A stretch of DNA of 63,940 bases, filler included, from Diploschistes diacapsis (taxonomy: Eukaryota): the NCBI GenBank assembly GCA_023645945.1. It is 12 parts of 12 records of this genome, joined end to end, with 100 filler letters (N's around TTAATTAATTAA, not from the genome) between each part and the next. Parts side by side here need not be neighbours in the genome. Positions count along the whole stretch, not along the records: positions 1 to 17,928 come from JALAIB010000430.1; positions 18,029 to 35,933 come from JALAIB010000431.1; 10 more parts are not named here. One strand, given 5' to 3'. Position numbers and translations under genes: made by a program. Shown here in pieces: positions 14,574 through 26,980 of the stretch. The notes under the pieces were generated by a model. The model was not told the origin of the DNA. It worked only from the letters and a program-made list of their open reading frames with translations, and did not search any database. Position 1 is the first letter of the stretch. Every line of letters starts with the position of its first letter.

Positions 14574-16265
14574 ATGGCCAATCAAGCTACACTGCGCATC
14601 ACGCGGGTATGACCTCCGCACGATATCTTCCCTGCTCACCTCAAAGCTCATGCGAGGTAGGAGATAAATGGCATCCAGAAGAACAACGATCTGTGTACAT
14701 AACCTCTCTTTGAGCCCGGTGCAGCTACTGATATGTGCTGATCATAGCACTTGCTGTTGCCTGCCATGAGAAGGATGTTCGAGATGTCAAGGCACTTATA
14801 ATAGGGCCTGCTAGTACGCCTTATGAATTTGGATTGTTCGAGGTATGTCTTGTGTGTCGGTGGTTTGGCTTCACATGCTAACGGACCTCAGTTTTCTGTC
14901 AAATTCCCAGAATGTAGGTGCCAATTCTCCAGATCATGTACTGCCTATCTGAAATTCTCAAGCATATCCCGATCGAGCACCTAGTGTCCATGCGACCACC
15001 ACCAATGGCGGCCGTTGTCGCTTCAATCCCAACATTTACGCTCAAGGCAAAGTTTGCTTGTAAGGCGACGTGTCTATAACCGATTCAGCAGCGCTGACAC
15101 TAGCATAGATCGATTTTGGGGTAAGCCAATTGCTTGTATGCAAGGGCCGTCTAATTGGAGACCAGGACCTGGAGAGGAGAACGAGGAGAGGAGTGGTCTT
15201 CTGCGCAAGGTCTTGAATCAATTTTGATCTCCATTCAAAGTCTGCTATCCTCTAATCCCTACGAAAATGAGCCCGGCTACGAAACAGCCAATGGCGAGGA
15301 CGACAAGAGAAACCAAGAAGCCTACGTAGACAAGGTGAGTAGCCATCGCTGACAGCCCCAATTGACTTACTTCAGGCCAGATCCGCCACGAGACCCTTCG
15401 CATATCAGTCATATCACGCATGGAAGGTTACCTAAACATATACAGCGACGGCACCGTTGCAGCCCCACCTCCACTCCAGAACGTAGATGGCTATGTCGAC
15501 CCGGACGAGGACATCGAGGAAGAAACCAGCCTTTTTGAGCCTTTTAAGGATCTCTGCAAGCGGCGCTTCCTTTGGTATTACCCCTCCTACCTCAACACCA
15601 TCGAACAGGCCTCAAGGAAGCACAAGGTTGGCGAGAAATTCCAAACCATGCCATTCGAAAGCGGCGGCAATATCATGGACGGCAGATATGACTACCCTTC
15701 ACTCAAGCGCCGCATCCAGCTCATCCGAAAAGTCCTCGACCAAGAGACATTGCGCTGGGCAGAAGAAGGCGCCTATCTGTTAAAACATGACAATCCAACC
15801 GCTTCCCATTTGCAGCGCCAAAGGAAGCAAATTGAGGAGCAGTATAAGAGGAACCAGAGCGTGACCCTCGACATCGACCTCGCAGACCCGAAGAACCCAT
15901 TTGTCTGGATTCTGACGTACATCGGCCGGCCCATGACGAATCTGGATGGTGGTATGTTCCGGATTCGTATGTCCATCAGTCCTCGCTTCCCAGAAGAGCA
16001 GCCGCGTGTGGTGTTTGAGACTAAGGTGTTTCATCACCGCATTGGCACCGACGGAGTACTCTGCTATCTAGCCAGGAAGCCAGATGATCCGCAGAGTCAT
16101 ATCGAGGCGATTATCGAGGCTCTAGTGGAGGAGCACCCACCGTACGATCCGCGGACGCTCGTCAACTTAGAGGCATCGAAGCTGTTCTGGGGTTCCGAAG
16201 CTGACAAGAAGCAATATAACCGGCTTCTCCGTAGATCGGTGCAGCGTAGTACGGAGATAGAATAA
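14574..16265 (+). CDS. Ubiquitin-conjugating enzyme E2 Z-like protein with two UBC-fold domains
   Basis: ATG at 14574 (MANQATLRITR) then several short exons spelling [46 protein letters not shown] and NPYENEPG. The long last exon carries a second UBC-like domain (GGMFRIRM..FPEEQP..FHHRIGTDGVLCY). Confidence 0.9.
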
Positions 16266-17397
16266 ACTTAGCCTTACCGGATCCGATCGGGATGCGGGAG
16301 TTGCAGGGCACCACTTCCGCAGTCTTCTCTGGTTCAACTTGAATTTTCGGTTCAGAGACGGTACACCTTCAAGCCCTGGACTCTAGGAGCATGAAACGCT
16401 AACTCTGCTAGCTGCACTCCTCATACTCAGGTTATGCTTTACTTCTGGCCCCGTAACAACAGAAAAGTCACTACGTTGAATTCCTTTTCTCTGATTTCAT
16501 ATTGGCAGCAAGCCTGCTCGATTCCAATTTCCTACACCGGTGGACAAAGAACAAACAGGAGATTCCATAGATCCCTCGATACCCCTAGCATAACGGCAGG
16601 TGAGTGGGCTAGACAGGCAACAACGGCAATTTCATATGCATGATGAACGGATATAGAGGCGTTCAAGCTGTCGGTCGTGGGAGCCAGTATTACGGATAGG
16701 CCCCCCGCATCTACTAGTATTTTCTTCTTACTGTGAATTTTTTCTAGCTTTTCCAAAAAGTATGGATAGTGCTTGGTAGGTAGGTGGGCAAGCCCGGACC
16801 GGAAGCAAGGAAGCGAGCGTGTCAATTTCGATACAATTACAATATACAATTACAAATGATGAGCGCAGACATGCGGTGAATCTTGATCATCATTATACTA
16901 TGTTCATTCTCCTTCTACTACAAAGCCGGGAGCATCATGTCCGATGGGAGAGACTGCCGAGTTCTCCGACGCCTGCCTACATACCTGTTTCAAACTACCT
17001 GTTATACGCCCGAACCTTCTCCCTCCGATCATGCTGACGAGACATAGAAGTAGAAGTGGAAAGGGCCAGCTAAATCCAAACGCTGAACGCTAAACGCTAA
17101 AAGAAAAGAAAAAAAAAGTAAAAAAACCAGAGGGGTATAAAGCGCCGCTTCTGCGTGTGTCCTTCCTCAAAAAGGCAATCAGGAAGGCAGATCGGATATG
17201 AAAAGAAACAAACTAGACAAATCAGCCAATCACGCCTGCCTCTTGTCAAAAAAAAAAAAACAACGGAAAACAAGGATCCAGAAATACCTTGCCCATGCTA
17301 TGCCATACTATACCAACCAAACCAGCCGGTGAGTGCGCCCCCTCTTCCACACCACACATCGCCCAGCCCTAGCCCCATCCCCGCAAGAAGCCCGAAC

Positions 17398-17928
17398 CTA
17401 AACCTCCCACACCCCCTCTTCCTCCCGATCCTCCGCCTCCGCCTCCGCCTCGGCTTCCCCGCCGCCAAAAACCCCATCAACGGCCAGAATCCATTCCGCC
17501 TTGGCGCTCGCCCGCGCAACCGCGAACAGCACGCTGCTCCCCGTCGCATACACGCAGAAACAGTTCCCCCTCACCCTCTCGCTCTCCAGACCCCAGCCCG
17601 GTCGCCCTTCTCCGCCGCCCAGCCCGGTCGCCTTCATTGGCTCGCTGTCGACCCGCGCGTTCCTCAGGTTCAGCACGCCCACCTCCTCCCCCTCGGGGAC
17701 GGTATAGAGGTGCAGATACGGTGGCCGGAGTTCGGCGTGGCGGCGGATCCAGCCTCCTCCTCCCCGTCCTCCTTTTCCTCCGCCGCCGCCCTTCGCGCCG
17801 CTTCCTAACCAGGGAGTGAGCAAAGGCCCTGCTTTGAGGCACAGCGGGTTTTTCGGGTGTGGGGTGATGGTCGGGGTCAGGGAGCGGGGTGGCTGCGCTG
17901 GTTTCGCGCGGGGGGAGTTGGAGGAGGG
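17398..17928 (-). CDS. C-terminal PH domain of kinesin-3 (Unc104/KIF1A-like), 5' part lost at gap
   Basis: WIRRHAELRPPYLHLYTVPEGEEVGVLNLRNARVD..NCFCVYA..EWILAVD resembles the terminal PH domain of fungal Unc104-type kinesins. Sequence ends at the N gap. Confidence 0.7.
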   Translation of the reverse strand, partial: PSSNSPRAKPAQPPRSLTPTITPHPKNPLCLKAGPLLTPWLGSGAKGGGGGKGGRGGGGWIRRHAELRPPYLHLYTVPEGEEVGVLNLRNARVDSEPMKATGLGGGEGRPGWGLESERVRGNCFCVYATGSSVLFAVARASAKAEWILAVDGVFGGGEAEAEAEAEDREEEGVWEV

Positions 17929-18028
17929 NNNNNNNNNNNNNNNNNNNNNNNNNNNNNNNNNNNNNNNNNNNNTTAATTAATTAANNNNNNNNNNNNNNNN
18001 NNNNNNNNNNNNNNNNNNNNNNNNNNNN
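17929..18028. other. Artificial contig linker N44-TTAATTAATTAA-N44 (repeated at 35934, 37047, 38160, 39273, 40386, 41498, 42610, 43722, 61717, 62829)
   Basis: Eleven identical 100-nt spacers whose core gives stop codons in all six frames. Confidence 0.98.
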
Positions 18029-18533
18029 AACTCCGTGTGTATGCCCGGAATCTCTTTCTTGGTGAAGTGTTTGAGGATATAGTAGGTTCCCATGCCCCAT
18101 AGCCAGAGGAATGAGGCGACGAGCGTTGTGAAGAAAAGTATGGGGAGAAGGATGACGAGGGCGAAGCCCACAGCAACGACAATGAATAGTAGGGCGCCAA
18201 GGAGGCCCACCAGGAGACCACCAAGGAGAGAAAAGACGAGGACGGTTAGGGTTAGGGCACAGAATAGGAGTAGAGGAAGGCCTGAGATGGCGATGTTGGA
18301 GAGAAGGAAGGACTGCGTAGGTATTAGCTTACTTAAAACATTGCTGCAATAGACTGGTCACTATAACGTACAGCCAACATAGGTTTCTCGTGCAGAAACT
18401 TCTGGAACTTGCTCCATAGCTCTGCCCTTCGCTCTGGTGGGAACCATTGATCGATGAAGCTCGAACCTTTGTTGAGCATGCCGGTCAAGGTTCCCTGGAG
18501 AGAGCCTGCCAGACCACCGAGAACTTCTGCCAT
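18029..18533 (-). CDS. Promethin/LDAF1-like lipid-droplet membrane protein, 3' truncated at gap
   Basis: Exon 1 MAEV..WFPPERRAELW..EKPMLA, intron, then a long hydrophobic hairpin FLLSNIAISGLPLLLF..LLPILFFTTLVASFLWLWG typical of promethin-domain proteins. Confidence 0.7.
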
Positions 18534-18989
18534 CTTGGTAGGGTGTGGAGGTTAGAAGGAAGACCGAGAGGATCGTCAAAGCCAACACATGCAGTATAGC
18601 AGTGGCCCTATTTTGTTACAGAAGTCGGCTCTGAACAAGTTGGACTCTTTTGTGACTCTGTTTGACGAAATCTTTGTTAGAGAGATGTGGCGGTGCAGCT
18701 GCTCTTTAACAGTAACGCTGGCCCAGAACCCGGCCGTGGCAAATTACGTCGTTCTTTGTACGACCTTGGTGCAATGACGTCCCTAGCCAGGAAATTTGGC
18801 AGATCTCCGATTCGCAACTCGAAAGTATTCTAGGCTTTTCCTACGTTGTATATTCCGCAAGGTAGGTAGTAGTAATAATATTGATACTGTTGTCACTTCG
18901 TCTTCTCTGTGACGGCTGGCTGATGTAGAAACTTTGTTTGATTCAAAAGCATTCTCAGTGGCTTATGAAAAACATATCCAACCCATTAC

Positions 18990-20696
18990 TTAGCTTCGTT
19001 TAGCCCTTTTCTTATCCGGGGCCTCCTCTTCTTCATCGCTAATGTCCGCGTAGATCGTTTTTGGCTGAGTTTTCTTCCATATCCCAGTGTACATCGGATC
19101 CTTCTCTGCCTTGTCCGCATATTTCAACAACGCCTCTCGTGGGTCTTCGTCGCGCATTGAGCTTAGTGGTATACTACTCTTGATGTGCGCTTCGTCAGGC
19201 TGGCTCTTCGAAAAAGGCGTTAGTAAAGGTACGTGAGGCCTTCGAGGATCCCGTGACTTTCCAGAGGCAGTCAAACCGATTGTGGGGTTCCGTGCGACGC
19301 CTTGAGTCGCAGGTAGGCCATTGGGATTGATAATACTGTCACCAGAGACACCTTCTGCCATGTCGACCGTGAGGCTTGGATCATCGTCAATGTGCCGCCG
19401 CTTCGGTGCCTTTGACATGACAGTCGCTGCGCCCTTCTGGGACATGGTTGGGTTGTACAGAACATGGGTTTCGGCATTTGCTGATCCCGTGATGATCTGG
19501 TTCAGCTTCTCGTGCCACAAGACTGTGACCAGCGGCGAACCCGCTGTGACCGGCGTCACGACTTCCGGTTTTAGGGTAAACGGGTTGAGAATATGTAGAT
19601 GACCGGATTGTGACCCAGTAATGATAGACGTTGATGTGGGCGAGAAGCGAATGTTTGTAGATTGATATTGGTTTGACGTCGACGTGTGGTCTACCACAGT
19701 GACCGGCATTTTGAATTTCCTCGAGTCCCATAGCTTGATAGTATCGTCGCCCCCTTTAGTAACGATGCTGAAACCATCCTTACTGATATCGAGCCCACCT
19801 GTCCAAGTGCCTTCTTTGTGTGCTCCTTGGATTTCACCTGCGGGTCTTGCAAACGGCCCATTGCCGCTCCACATAACTAGGCTGCCATCGAGCGCGGCTG
19901 ATACGAGAATATTGGGTCCTCCTTGCGCAGGCGTAGACCATTTCACAGCGGTCATTCGAGTACGTCCCGCAGACCCAGCTGCTTTGGACTTGAAGACAAT
20001 CACTTCCTTCTGAGACCTCTTGACGTTAGTATCCCATATCCTCAACGTGCTGTCCGTGCCTGCTGTGACGCAGAGGTCTCTCACGATCGGATTCCATGCG
20101 CCCGATGTAATCTCTGAGACATGCCCCTTGGTGTTGTTCATATCCCTCAGATACATGTCTCCCTTGAAGAAATCCGTAAGAATCTCTCCATCGCGGCTGA
20201 AGATCTTGGCCTGTGGTGTTGCAGACACCACGAGCACCTGCGAGGGCGATATAGGGTTGAACTCGACATGGTGGATTGGATGGATATCCGAGGCCGCGGC
20301 CGTCTTGCCGGCATGAGGATCTATAGATTTGAAAGCGCGCAGCGTCGTCGGTGTCATGGAAGAAAAGTCATGAAGCTTAAAAGTACAGTCCGTGGATCCG
20401 CTGATTAGTCTCGACCCCGAGTAATCGACATCCACAGTTGTAATGGGCCGATCGTGAGTTTTGAGTACCAGCTCGTGAGAGATCGGATAGTCGTCTTCTG
20501 GGTTATCGTCATCGTCGTCTTCGTCGCTGTCGTTGTCTTCATCACTATCTTCTTGCTTGACAAGACCGGCCTGGCCCCTTCTGCTTCTATCAATTTGCGC
20601 GGCTATATTCACCCCTTTGCCTTGCTTACCAAACCCTTGAGGAAGAAATTGTTTGAGAGCATCATCTTGCTCAATGACGATTTCCTCATCCTCCAT
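18990..20696 (-). CDS. WDR70: WD40 repeat protein WDR70/Gad-1 homologue
   Basis: Single exon from ATG at 20696. LPQGFGK N-terminus, KGDMYLRDMNNTKGH signature, multiple WD repeats, C-terminal EDPREALLKYA. Confidence 0.93.
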   Translation of the reverse strand: MEDEEIVIEQDDALKQFLPQGFGKQGKGVNIAAQIDRSRRGQAGLVKQEDSDEDNDSDEDDDDDNPEDDYPISHELVLKTHDRPITTVDVDYSGSRLISGSTDCTFKLHDFSSMTPTTLRAFKSIDPHAGKTAAASDIHPIHHVEFNPISPSQVLVVSATPQAKIFSRDGEILTDFFKGDMYLRDMNNTKGHVSEITSGAWNPIVRDLCVTAGTDSTLRIWDTNVKRSQKEVIVFKSKAAGSAGRTRMTAVKWSTPAQGGPNILVSAALDGSLVMWSGNGPFARPAGEIQGAHKEGTWTGGLDISKDGFSIVTKGGDDTIKLWDSRKFKMPVTVVDHTSTSNQYQSTNIRFSPTSTSIITGSQSGHLHILNPFTLKPEVVTPVTAGSPLVTVLWHEKLNQIITGSANAETHVLYNPTMSQKGAATVMSKAPKRRHIDDDPSLTVDMAEGVSGDSIINPNGLPATQGVARNPTIGLTASGKSRDPRRPHVPLLTPFSKSQPDEAHIKSSIPLSSMRDEDPREALLKYADKAEKDPMYTGIWKKTQPKTIYADISDEEEEAPDKKRAKRS

Positions 20697-21116
20697 CGAA
20701 AGTCTTGTACAATGCAATATTATTTGGGAAATAATCAGCAGTAAATCAATTACCTTCCGAGCTTTTTGGTAAATCTTGTATATCTAGTAAGATTCGCAAT
20801 CGGAAGAGGAAGATTGATGTAGTGTAGACTCCGAGCTACTAGCTCTAAGGACTTGAATTTCACAGTCAAGACTGATGGGAAGCAGAATGCAAATGATGAG
20901 GCTAGATTTTCATATAAACTGCTTTCATTTGCCAAGGCATCTTCCTCAAATACTTGTGGTGGCTGCTACACAGACCCTATATACAACTGGCAGAAACAGA
21001 TATTTTCTATGACTGCTATACTTTCTTCATGCGCTTTACACAACATCTACCGCGAGTACTCCCTCCACTACACGAATGAATCACCAGCCTCCTGGCATTC
21101 CTTTCAAATTTCTCAA

Positions 21117-21440
21117 TCAATGCTTCTCCTCATGCCCATTTCCATCGAATCCGTGATGCTTTTCCTGTAGAAACATGTATTCGAAGGCACAGTAGACGGT
21201 GAAAGCACCAGCTGCAATACCAAAGCCAGGGAATAGCCCTTTCAACCTGGCTCGCCTTGAAAATGGCCCAGTATATCGCCATGACTCGCTATTGCAAGCT
21301 CTATTAGCACTCTATTAAGCAGTTTGTTGATAAAGTCCTCACTGCCTGGCCCATGGGTCATTCTTTGGTGTGCGAGACGCAGCAGCAGCGAGCTTCTTAA
21401 CGTCGAAGCCTGTAACGTTAGGCGTATTCGGCGGAGCCAT
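21117..21440 (-). CDS. NDUFB3: NADH:ubiquinone oxidoreductase B12 subunit
   Basis: Two exons (21440-21343, 21288-21117) giving MAPPNTPNVTGFD..DPWARHESWRYTGPFSRRARLKGLFPGFGIAAGAFTVYCAFEY..HEEKH*. Missed by the ORF track because it is spliced. Confidence 0.92.
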
Positions 21441-21901
21441 TGTGAGCTCAAAGTAGGTTAGCAAGCGGTGGCATCCATCAATAGAGAACTCACAGTCTCG
21501 GAGCTTAGTCACCAGAGACGACAATGGTAGGATCAAGGCACACCTAGACAAGAAGCTTTTTTACGACACGATCATTGGGGTCTTGACAGGTAGTTTGTAG
21601 TTGGGTGCTGATCTCTCCGCAGCTTGCTTGGAGCTTCAATGCGGCAAAAACATTACCACCTCAGCCCTATAAGCTAAACCTCCAGCTACGACTTGGAGAC
21701 CATGGCTGCATGCCCACTCTGCTGTACTGGTGCACATTCGCGTATGAGAAATCGAGGACTTCCATAGAGGCATCGGTTTAGCAGCGTAAAAATTCTCACT
21801 ACTTGCTCCAATCTCCTACCTTCGGATCAGATACGGAGTCCCGCAGATGCACCGGCTCCCTCACGCACGGAAACCTTTGGCCAAATCCCAAGATCTAAGA
21901 G

Positions 21902-23420
21902 ATGCCAGCTGGGGGTCGCTTCGGTCCTCAAGGACTGGGAGGGTCTTTCCCGCATATTCAACAGTCCCACCTTCCTCACCATGCGAACCAGCATCACCCA
22001 CCAGGCTCGGCCGGCCTGCCGCCGCCCTCATTTAATTCCCACCATGGCTTTGGTCACGGAAATCAGGCATCTACAATGAACTCGTTTGCCGCTGTCAACA
22101 CGGCAAATGGTCTTGCTGCAGGCTTTGGAGGAGCTGGGCTGGGCGGCGGCACTGGACTGGCAAGTAATGCTGCGATATCGGGGTTCGCTCATGGCGCACA
22201 AATACAACAACAGCAAGCAAGAGAAGCTATGAGGAGGGGTAGTACTGCGACAAAATCGCAGCAGAAGACCCGGATACGTGAAGTGTGGCAGAGCAATCTA
22301 GCACAAGAGATGCAGAACCTACGGGAGCTGGTGGAAAAGTATCCATATATCAGCATGGTGGGTTGCGTGCACCTTACGGCCTCTTGCTGGTGCTAACCAG
22401 GCTTAGGACACCGAGTTTCCAGGAGTCATTGCGAGACCGATGGGCTCGTTCACCAGCCGGGCAGACTATCATTATCAAACCTTGCGCGCGAACGTGGACT
22501 TGCTCTCCGTCATTCAACTGGGAATTACGCTGTTTGGTCCAGATGGGGAGACTCCACCAGCTCATACAGAGAACGGCCCGTACCAACCTAGCCTCCCTCC
22601 ATGTCCTCATACCTGGCAGTTCAACTTCAAATTCAATCCCGATACGGACATGTATAACCAAGAATCCATCGACTTCCTCATGAGTGTCGGCATGAACATG
22701 GAAATGCATGAGGTGCAAGGGATCGACCCTAAGGAGTTTGGCGCGATGCTGATAAGTTCCGGCCTTGCGATGTTTGACGACGTTCGATGGATCTCGTTCC
22801 ACTCCGGTTACGACTTTGCGTATCTGGTAAAGCTGATGTACTGCAAGCCGTTGCCTGAGGACGAAGTTGAGTACCGCAAGCTGCTGTCTCTTTTCTTCCC
22901 AGCCATTTACGATATCAAATTCATGGTCAAGAGTGCACAGCGAACGCAGACGATTAATGGGACTACGCCGCTGCCACAAAACGCTGTCAGCATGCTTGCC
23001 AACCTTGGGACCAAGTCCGGTTTGCAAGACCTTGCGGATGAGCTGGGAGTAAAGCGCATCGGACCTGCCCACCAAGCGGGATCCGATAGCTTACTCACCG
23101 GCAAGGTCTTCTGGGACATCAAAAAGCTAATCTTCAATAACACAATTGACGACGAGAAATACATAGGGCAGGTCTGGGGGTTGAACGGCCTGGTGCCGGC
23201 GGCGCAGACGAGTGGTATCGATGGTCAGACTACGCCTAATCTGAATGGAGCGACAATATACAACAACAACAACAACAATACCACAAGTCCAAGCACGCCT
23301 CAGACCCAGCACAGTGGTGTAGCGCAAACGCCTGGACAACAAGCACAGGGCAATGGTACGGGCACAGGCTCGATGACTCCTGGCGGTCCTGGAAACTTTG
23401 GACGGTTTGCTCTGCGATAG
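21902..23420 (+). CDS. CAF1: CCR4-NOT deadenylase subunit Caf1/Pop2 (DEDD nuclease)
   Basis: Intron 22358-22406 joins YPYISM to DTEFPG. Also IQLGITL, TWQFNFKF, WISFHSGYDFAYL and AHQAGSDSLLT motifs. Confidence 0.96.
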
Positions 23421-24452
23421 ACTATGCCTTCCCAACCACCCCTTATTTGCTTCGATTCTTTTTGTATCTATCCTTCATTATCCCTGGTTGAAGAGCTGGA
23501 GTTCTTTTTGGCGTATGGAAGTCAGGCAACTCATGTCTGCACTTTTCTGGATGTATGAAACTGGCTGGGCTGGGGCTGAGGCGCTCAATTTAGGCGGCTT
23601 TGGTGTTATCGTGCAAGAGGAGTAAGCAGATATCGTTCGGGCCAGAAGGCATAACTTGTCAAATACATTTTTGCTCCCGTGCGTGATGTATGTGTGTATG
23701 TATGTATGTAACAGGCTCTATAACTCCCTAACGCATTTCCCGTCTTTTCTGCCTTGTTTTTCATTGGACATTTCCCGATCGCAGACTATTAGAAACCTCT
23801 ATTCTGCTATTGTAGCTTTACAAGATTTCACGATCGCTTGTCGGCTTGGGAGCAGCATGCCCTATTCGCCTAATGCCTTCTCGCGACTTCCAGACCCCTG
23901 CAAGGACACTCAACTGCCAGATACCCCCGCACTCCTTTCTTTCATTGGTGGTTGAATTTCATCGCAAAGGAGCTGGGTCGCAGCTCCGTTATACACACGC
24001 ATGATTAGACAGGGTGCACCTATGGTACCGAGGGATACCCTTAGTGATACCAGCCCTGTTTCTCTTCTTACAGCACTATCCTGTATCCTGCGGTGAGTCC
24101 TGATCCTGTGGTGCAGCATACTCGGCCTGCCCTCGCCAGGGTTCGCCGCTCTAGCGCGCGAGGTCGGACTGGTATCTCCCCTTTGTAGCTTCCAGCATGC
24201 AACATGCCATGCTGCTTTCTCCTTCACCCGCTACCAGTCACAACTTGGCCACAGTACTTTTCGATTGATTTCAAGTGCTGTGTGCCGTTGCTCATATCCA
24301 GACCTTCTTTCTTAAAGCCGAAATAGGCGTGAAGGCAACTCCTCTTACTCGCGACCGTCGCCATTACCGACCTTCCCCTTTCTTGATTTTAAGGAGTCAT
24401 CATAGCTCGAAGGGGACCACACAGTCTATGCCCTCCCAATCACTCGTTCTCT

Positions 24453-25853
24453 TTATATCTCCGCTTTCCCTTCGTCTTGAGAAGGATATAAAGAACCCCT
24501 CCGCTCGAAATAATATGTCAAGGACATCATGAAGACAGCGGCCAGCATGAAAGAACCCGAGAAGATCCATGTGCCTTGGAATTCCTTCTGAATATCGCCC
24601 TTTTCTCGTCCGCTGGGCTGTTGAGCCGCACCACCTATCGGATTTCCGATCAGAGCACCGATAGAAGCGATCCTATACCCCATCCCCATACGGATACCGT
24701 ACTCGGACGGGCTTTTGGAAAGATTGGCGATTGTTGCGGGAGGCAAGGACACCATGTCACCGGATATGAATCCGTAGACAATCGAGATAACAACCAGACC
24801 AGGAAGATCGTGAACGACCCGTCCCACAAGGCTTGCGGCGCTCATGATACTCAGCAGGTAAAGGACATTTTCGTATTAATCCCAAGCCTCAAACTATAGC
24901 TGTCTATAAAGAAAAAAGGGACGTATACAGAACCAATCATGAGTGCGAAAGCTATAACCTGTTAGCGTGAAAGCGCCAGTTCGGAAACAACAATGGGCTC
25001 GAATATCAACAAGCCAGGGTATCCAGAGGAAGACTTGCCGATGCAAAAAGTGGTATACGCCTTATCTTTGAAATGTTTGAACTCAAACAAAAGCCCCCTT
25101 CTGCGCCCATTGGGACGAAGACGCATGATTGCTATACAGAGGAGGAGAGAAGCCAAAATCAGAATGCCAGTGCGCGGACAGCCCATGCAAAGCCGACCTG
25201 AACAAAGAGTCGCTATTCCATGAGGAGATACAGAATACCGGCTACAAACACCAACCGTAAGCACTTTGGGGAACGGCTGATCGGGACAACGACAGCCTGC
25301 CTACCCAAGCTACTCCCCGTAGCAGCGATCCCCGTGGCTATCATTCGCTTCTTTCGAAACCATAGCGGAATGATGGCAACCGATGTTAGCCCCAGTAGTC
25401 CACTCCCGATGCCCACGCAAAAGGCCTGTGCTAGCAGAATCTGCCAGTATTTGGTGCATAGGCTCAGCATGAACATGCCAATGCCGTCATGAAGGTGCCT
25501 GCGATTAGGATGAACCTCAGATACCCGGCGTCCAAGAGCCAGCCTGCAAAAACGCCTATCAGCATCATCAGACAGATCTGGGTGGACCCGATCCAGGCAA
25601 TTGTGGAGGGATCCACGGCCGTGAGAAGGAAGTCCGTATAGTATGTCTGGAAGACACCGAAGGAATTGGCGAGGCCCCTAGGGCATGTGGTGAGTCAAAT
25701 ATCGGGGCCTAGCAGCCGTTATCCCTACCAGGTGTTCGCGAAGAGAAGCCAGCTGCCCAGCACCTGAAGCCAGGCCATAACTCCGTGGTCCATCTCAATT
25801 TCATCGATTCCGTCTGTATCGGGACTCGGGGGAGAGGTTATCGAGATTGACAT
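24453..25853 (-). pseudogene. MFS monocarboxylate transporter (Mch-like), disrupted
   Basis: DHGVMAWLQVLGSW..NTW-GLANSFGVFQTYY, WFRKKRMIATGIAATGSS and YGIRMGMG..LIGNPIGG motifs. Frameshift near 25480, in-frame TAG at 25213-25215, second frameshift near 25160. Confidence 0.88.
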
Positions 25854-26560
25854 TGTCGACCTTATCTATTACGCCAATCGAGCAGGGAGGAGGTGCACGC
25901 ACCGCCATAACGCCAATAAAGGGCGGTAGTATGACAGAACTCGTAGAGAATCCGATCTCGCTTGAAATGTACAGAGTAGATTTTTATAATATATCTGCCG
26001 CAATGCAACTCTTGATCTCGAACTCGAACTCGAACATGCTCGTTTGCATGGAGTTGCGGCTTACACCCTCCTTTAAAAGTATTCTTGTGTGTCCGCCCAG
26101 AGCAACCCTACTATAATTACCCTGCTTCTTCCCACCCAACCCCCCTAAAGTTGAAAACGGGGCGGGAAAATCGATCCAGAATTAGTTTCCCTTAGTTCAT
26201 CCTTTACGGTGCAGAGCTACACTACACTCGGTGGCCGCAGAGCTAAGGAGGTAGATTGGTCCAGGAACAAACCCTAGATCTCTATATATACATAACTCCG
26301 AATAGCGTAAGACGGTAGGCCAAGTACCTCGCCTGAACTTTCTCAATAGCCTGCAATTTCAGTATCTCGACCAGAAACTCTGGACTGGCCTCATCTACCA
26401 GATAAGTAGAAAAGGGATATTACAAGAAGTGACTCCTGACCGCCATATCGTCGTTGTACTCTCCTATCAATGGCAATACCTCACCCTCTTGACAGTCCGA
26501 CTCCTCGATCTCCCCGTGTGCGGCTATGTTAATATCGGTGAAAATGTCCTTTATGGGCGC

Positions 26561-26593
<33 letters not shown>

Positions 26594-26598
26594 GAGAG
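26561..26598. repeat. (AG)n microsatellite between the transporter and ALAS genes
   Basis: Nearly pure AG run with one interruption. Confidence 0.9.
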
Positions 26599-26980
26599 GA
26601 ACTAAGGCAAAAAAAGTGGTTGGGGGAGGTTGCACGAATGCAATTTTGCTTATGATTGATACTCTCTCACGCCAGACTGGATCAGACCGCTTAAGGGTAA
26701 GCATACCACCTTATAGGCCTATTCAGGCAGACAAGGCAGATTAATGCTATAATGAAAAGCATAGTACAATAGTTGGTGCGATCTTCTCGAGTTCCTCAGA
26801 AGAACTGTAGCTTTTATGCATGCTGGGAGAACAGCAAAGAACACAACGGTCTTATAAGAAGAAGTCTCTGTAGAGCATTTTCTCGAATCCTCCTGGTTTT
26901 CTTCACCAGGAGTGGATACAAAATATGAAGAAACATATTGGTACCAGACTTGGACCAGACAGAAGCGTTCATTCCTGTGA

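Noticed and set aside
17973..17984. TTAATTAATTAA as a recurring biological motif
   Set aside because: Always centred in N44 flanks; it is an assembly linker with stops in six frames.
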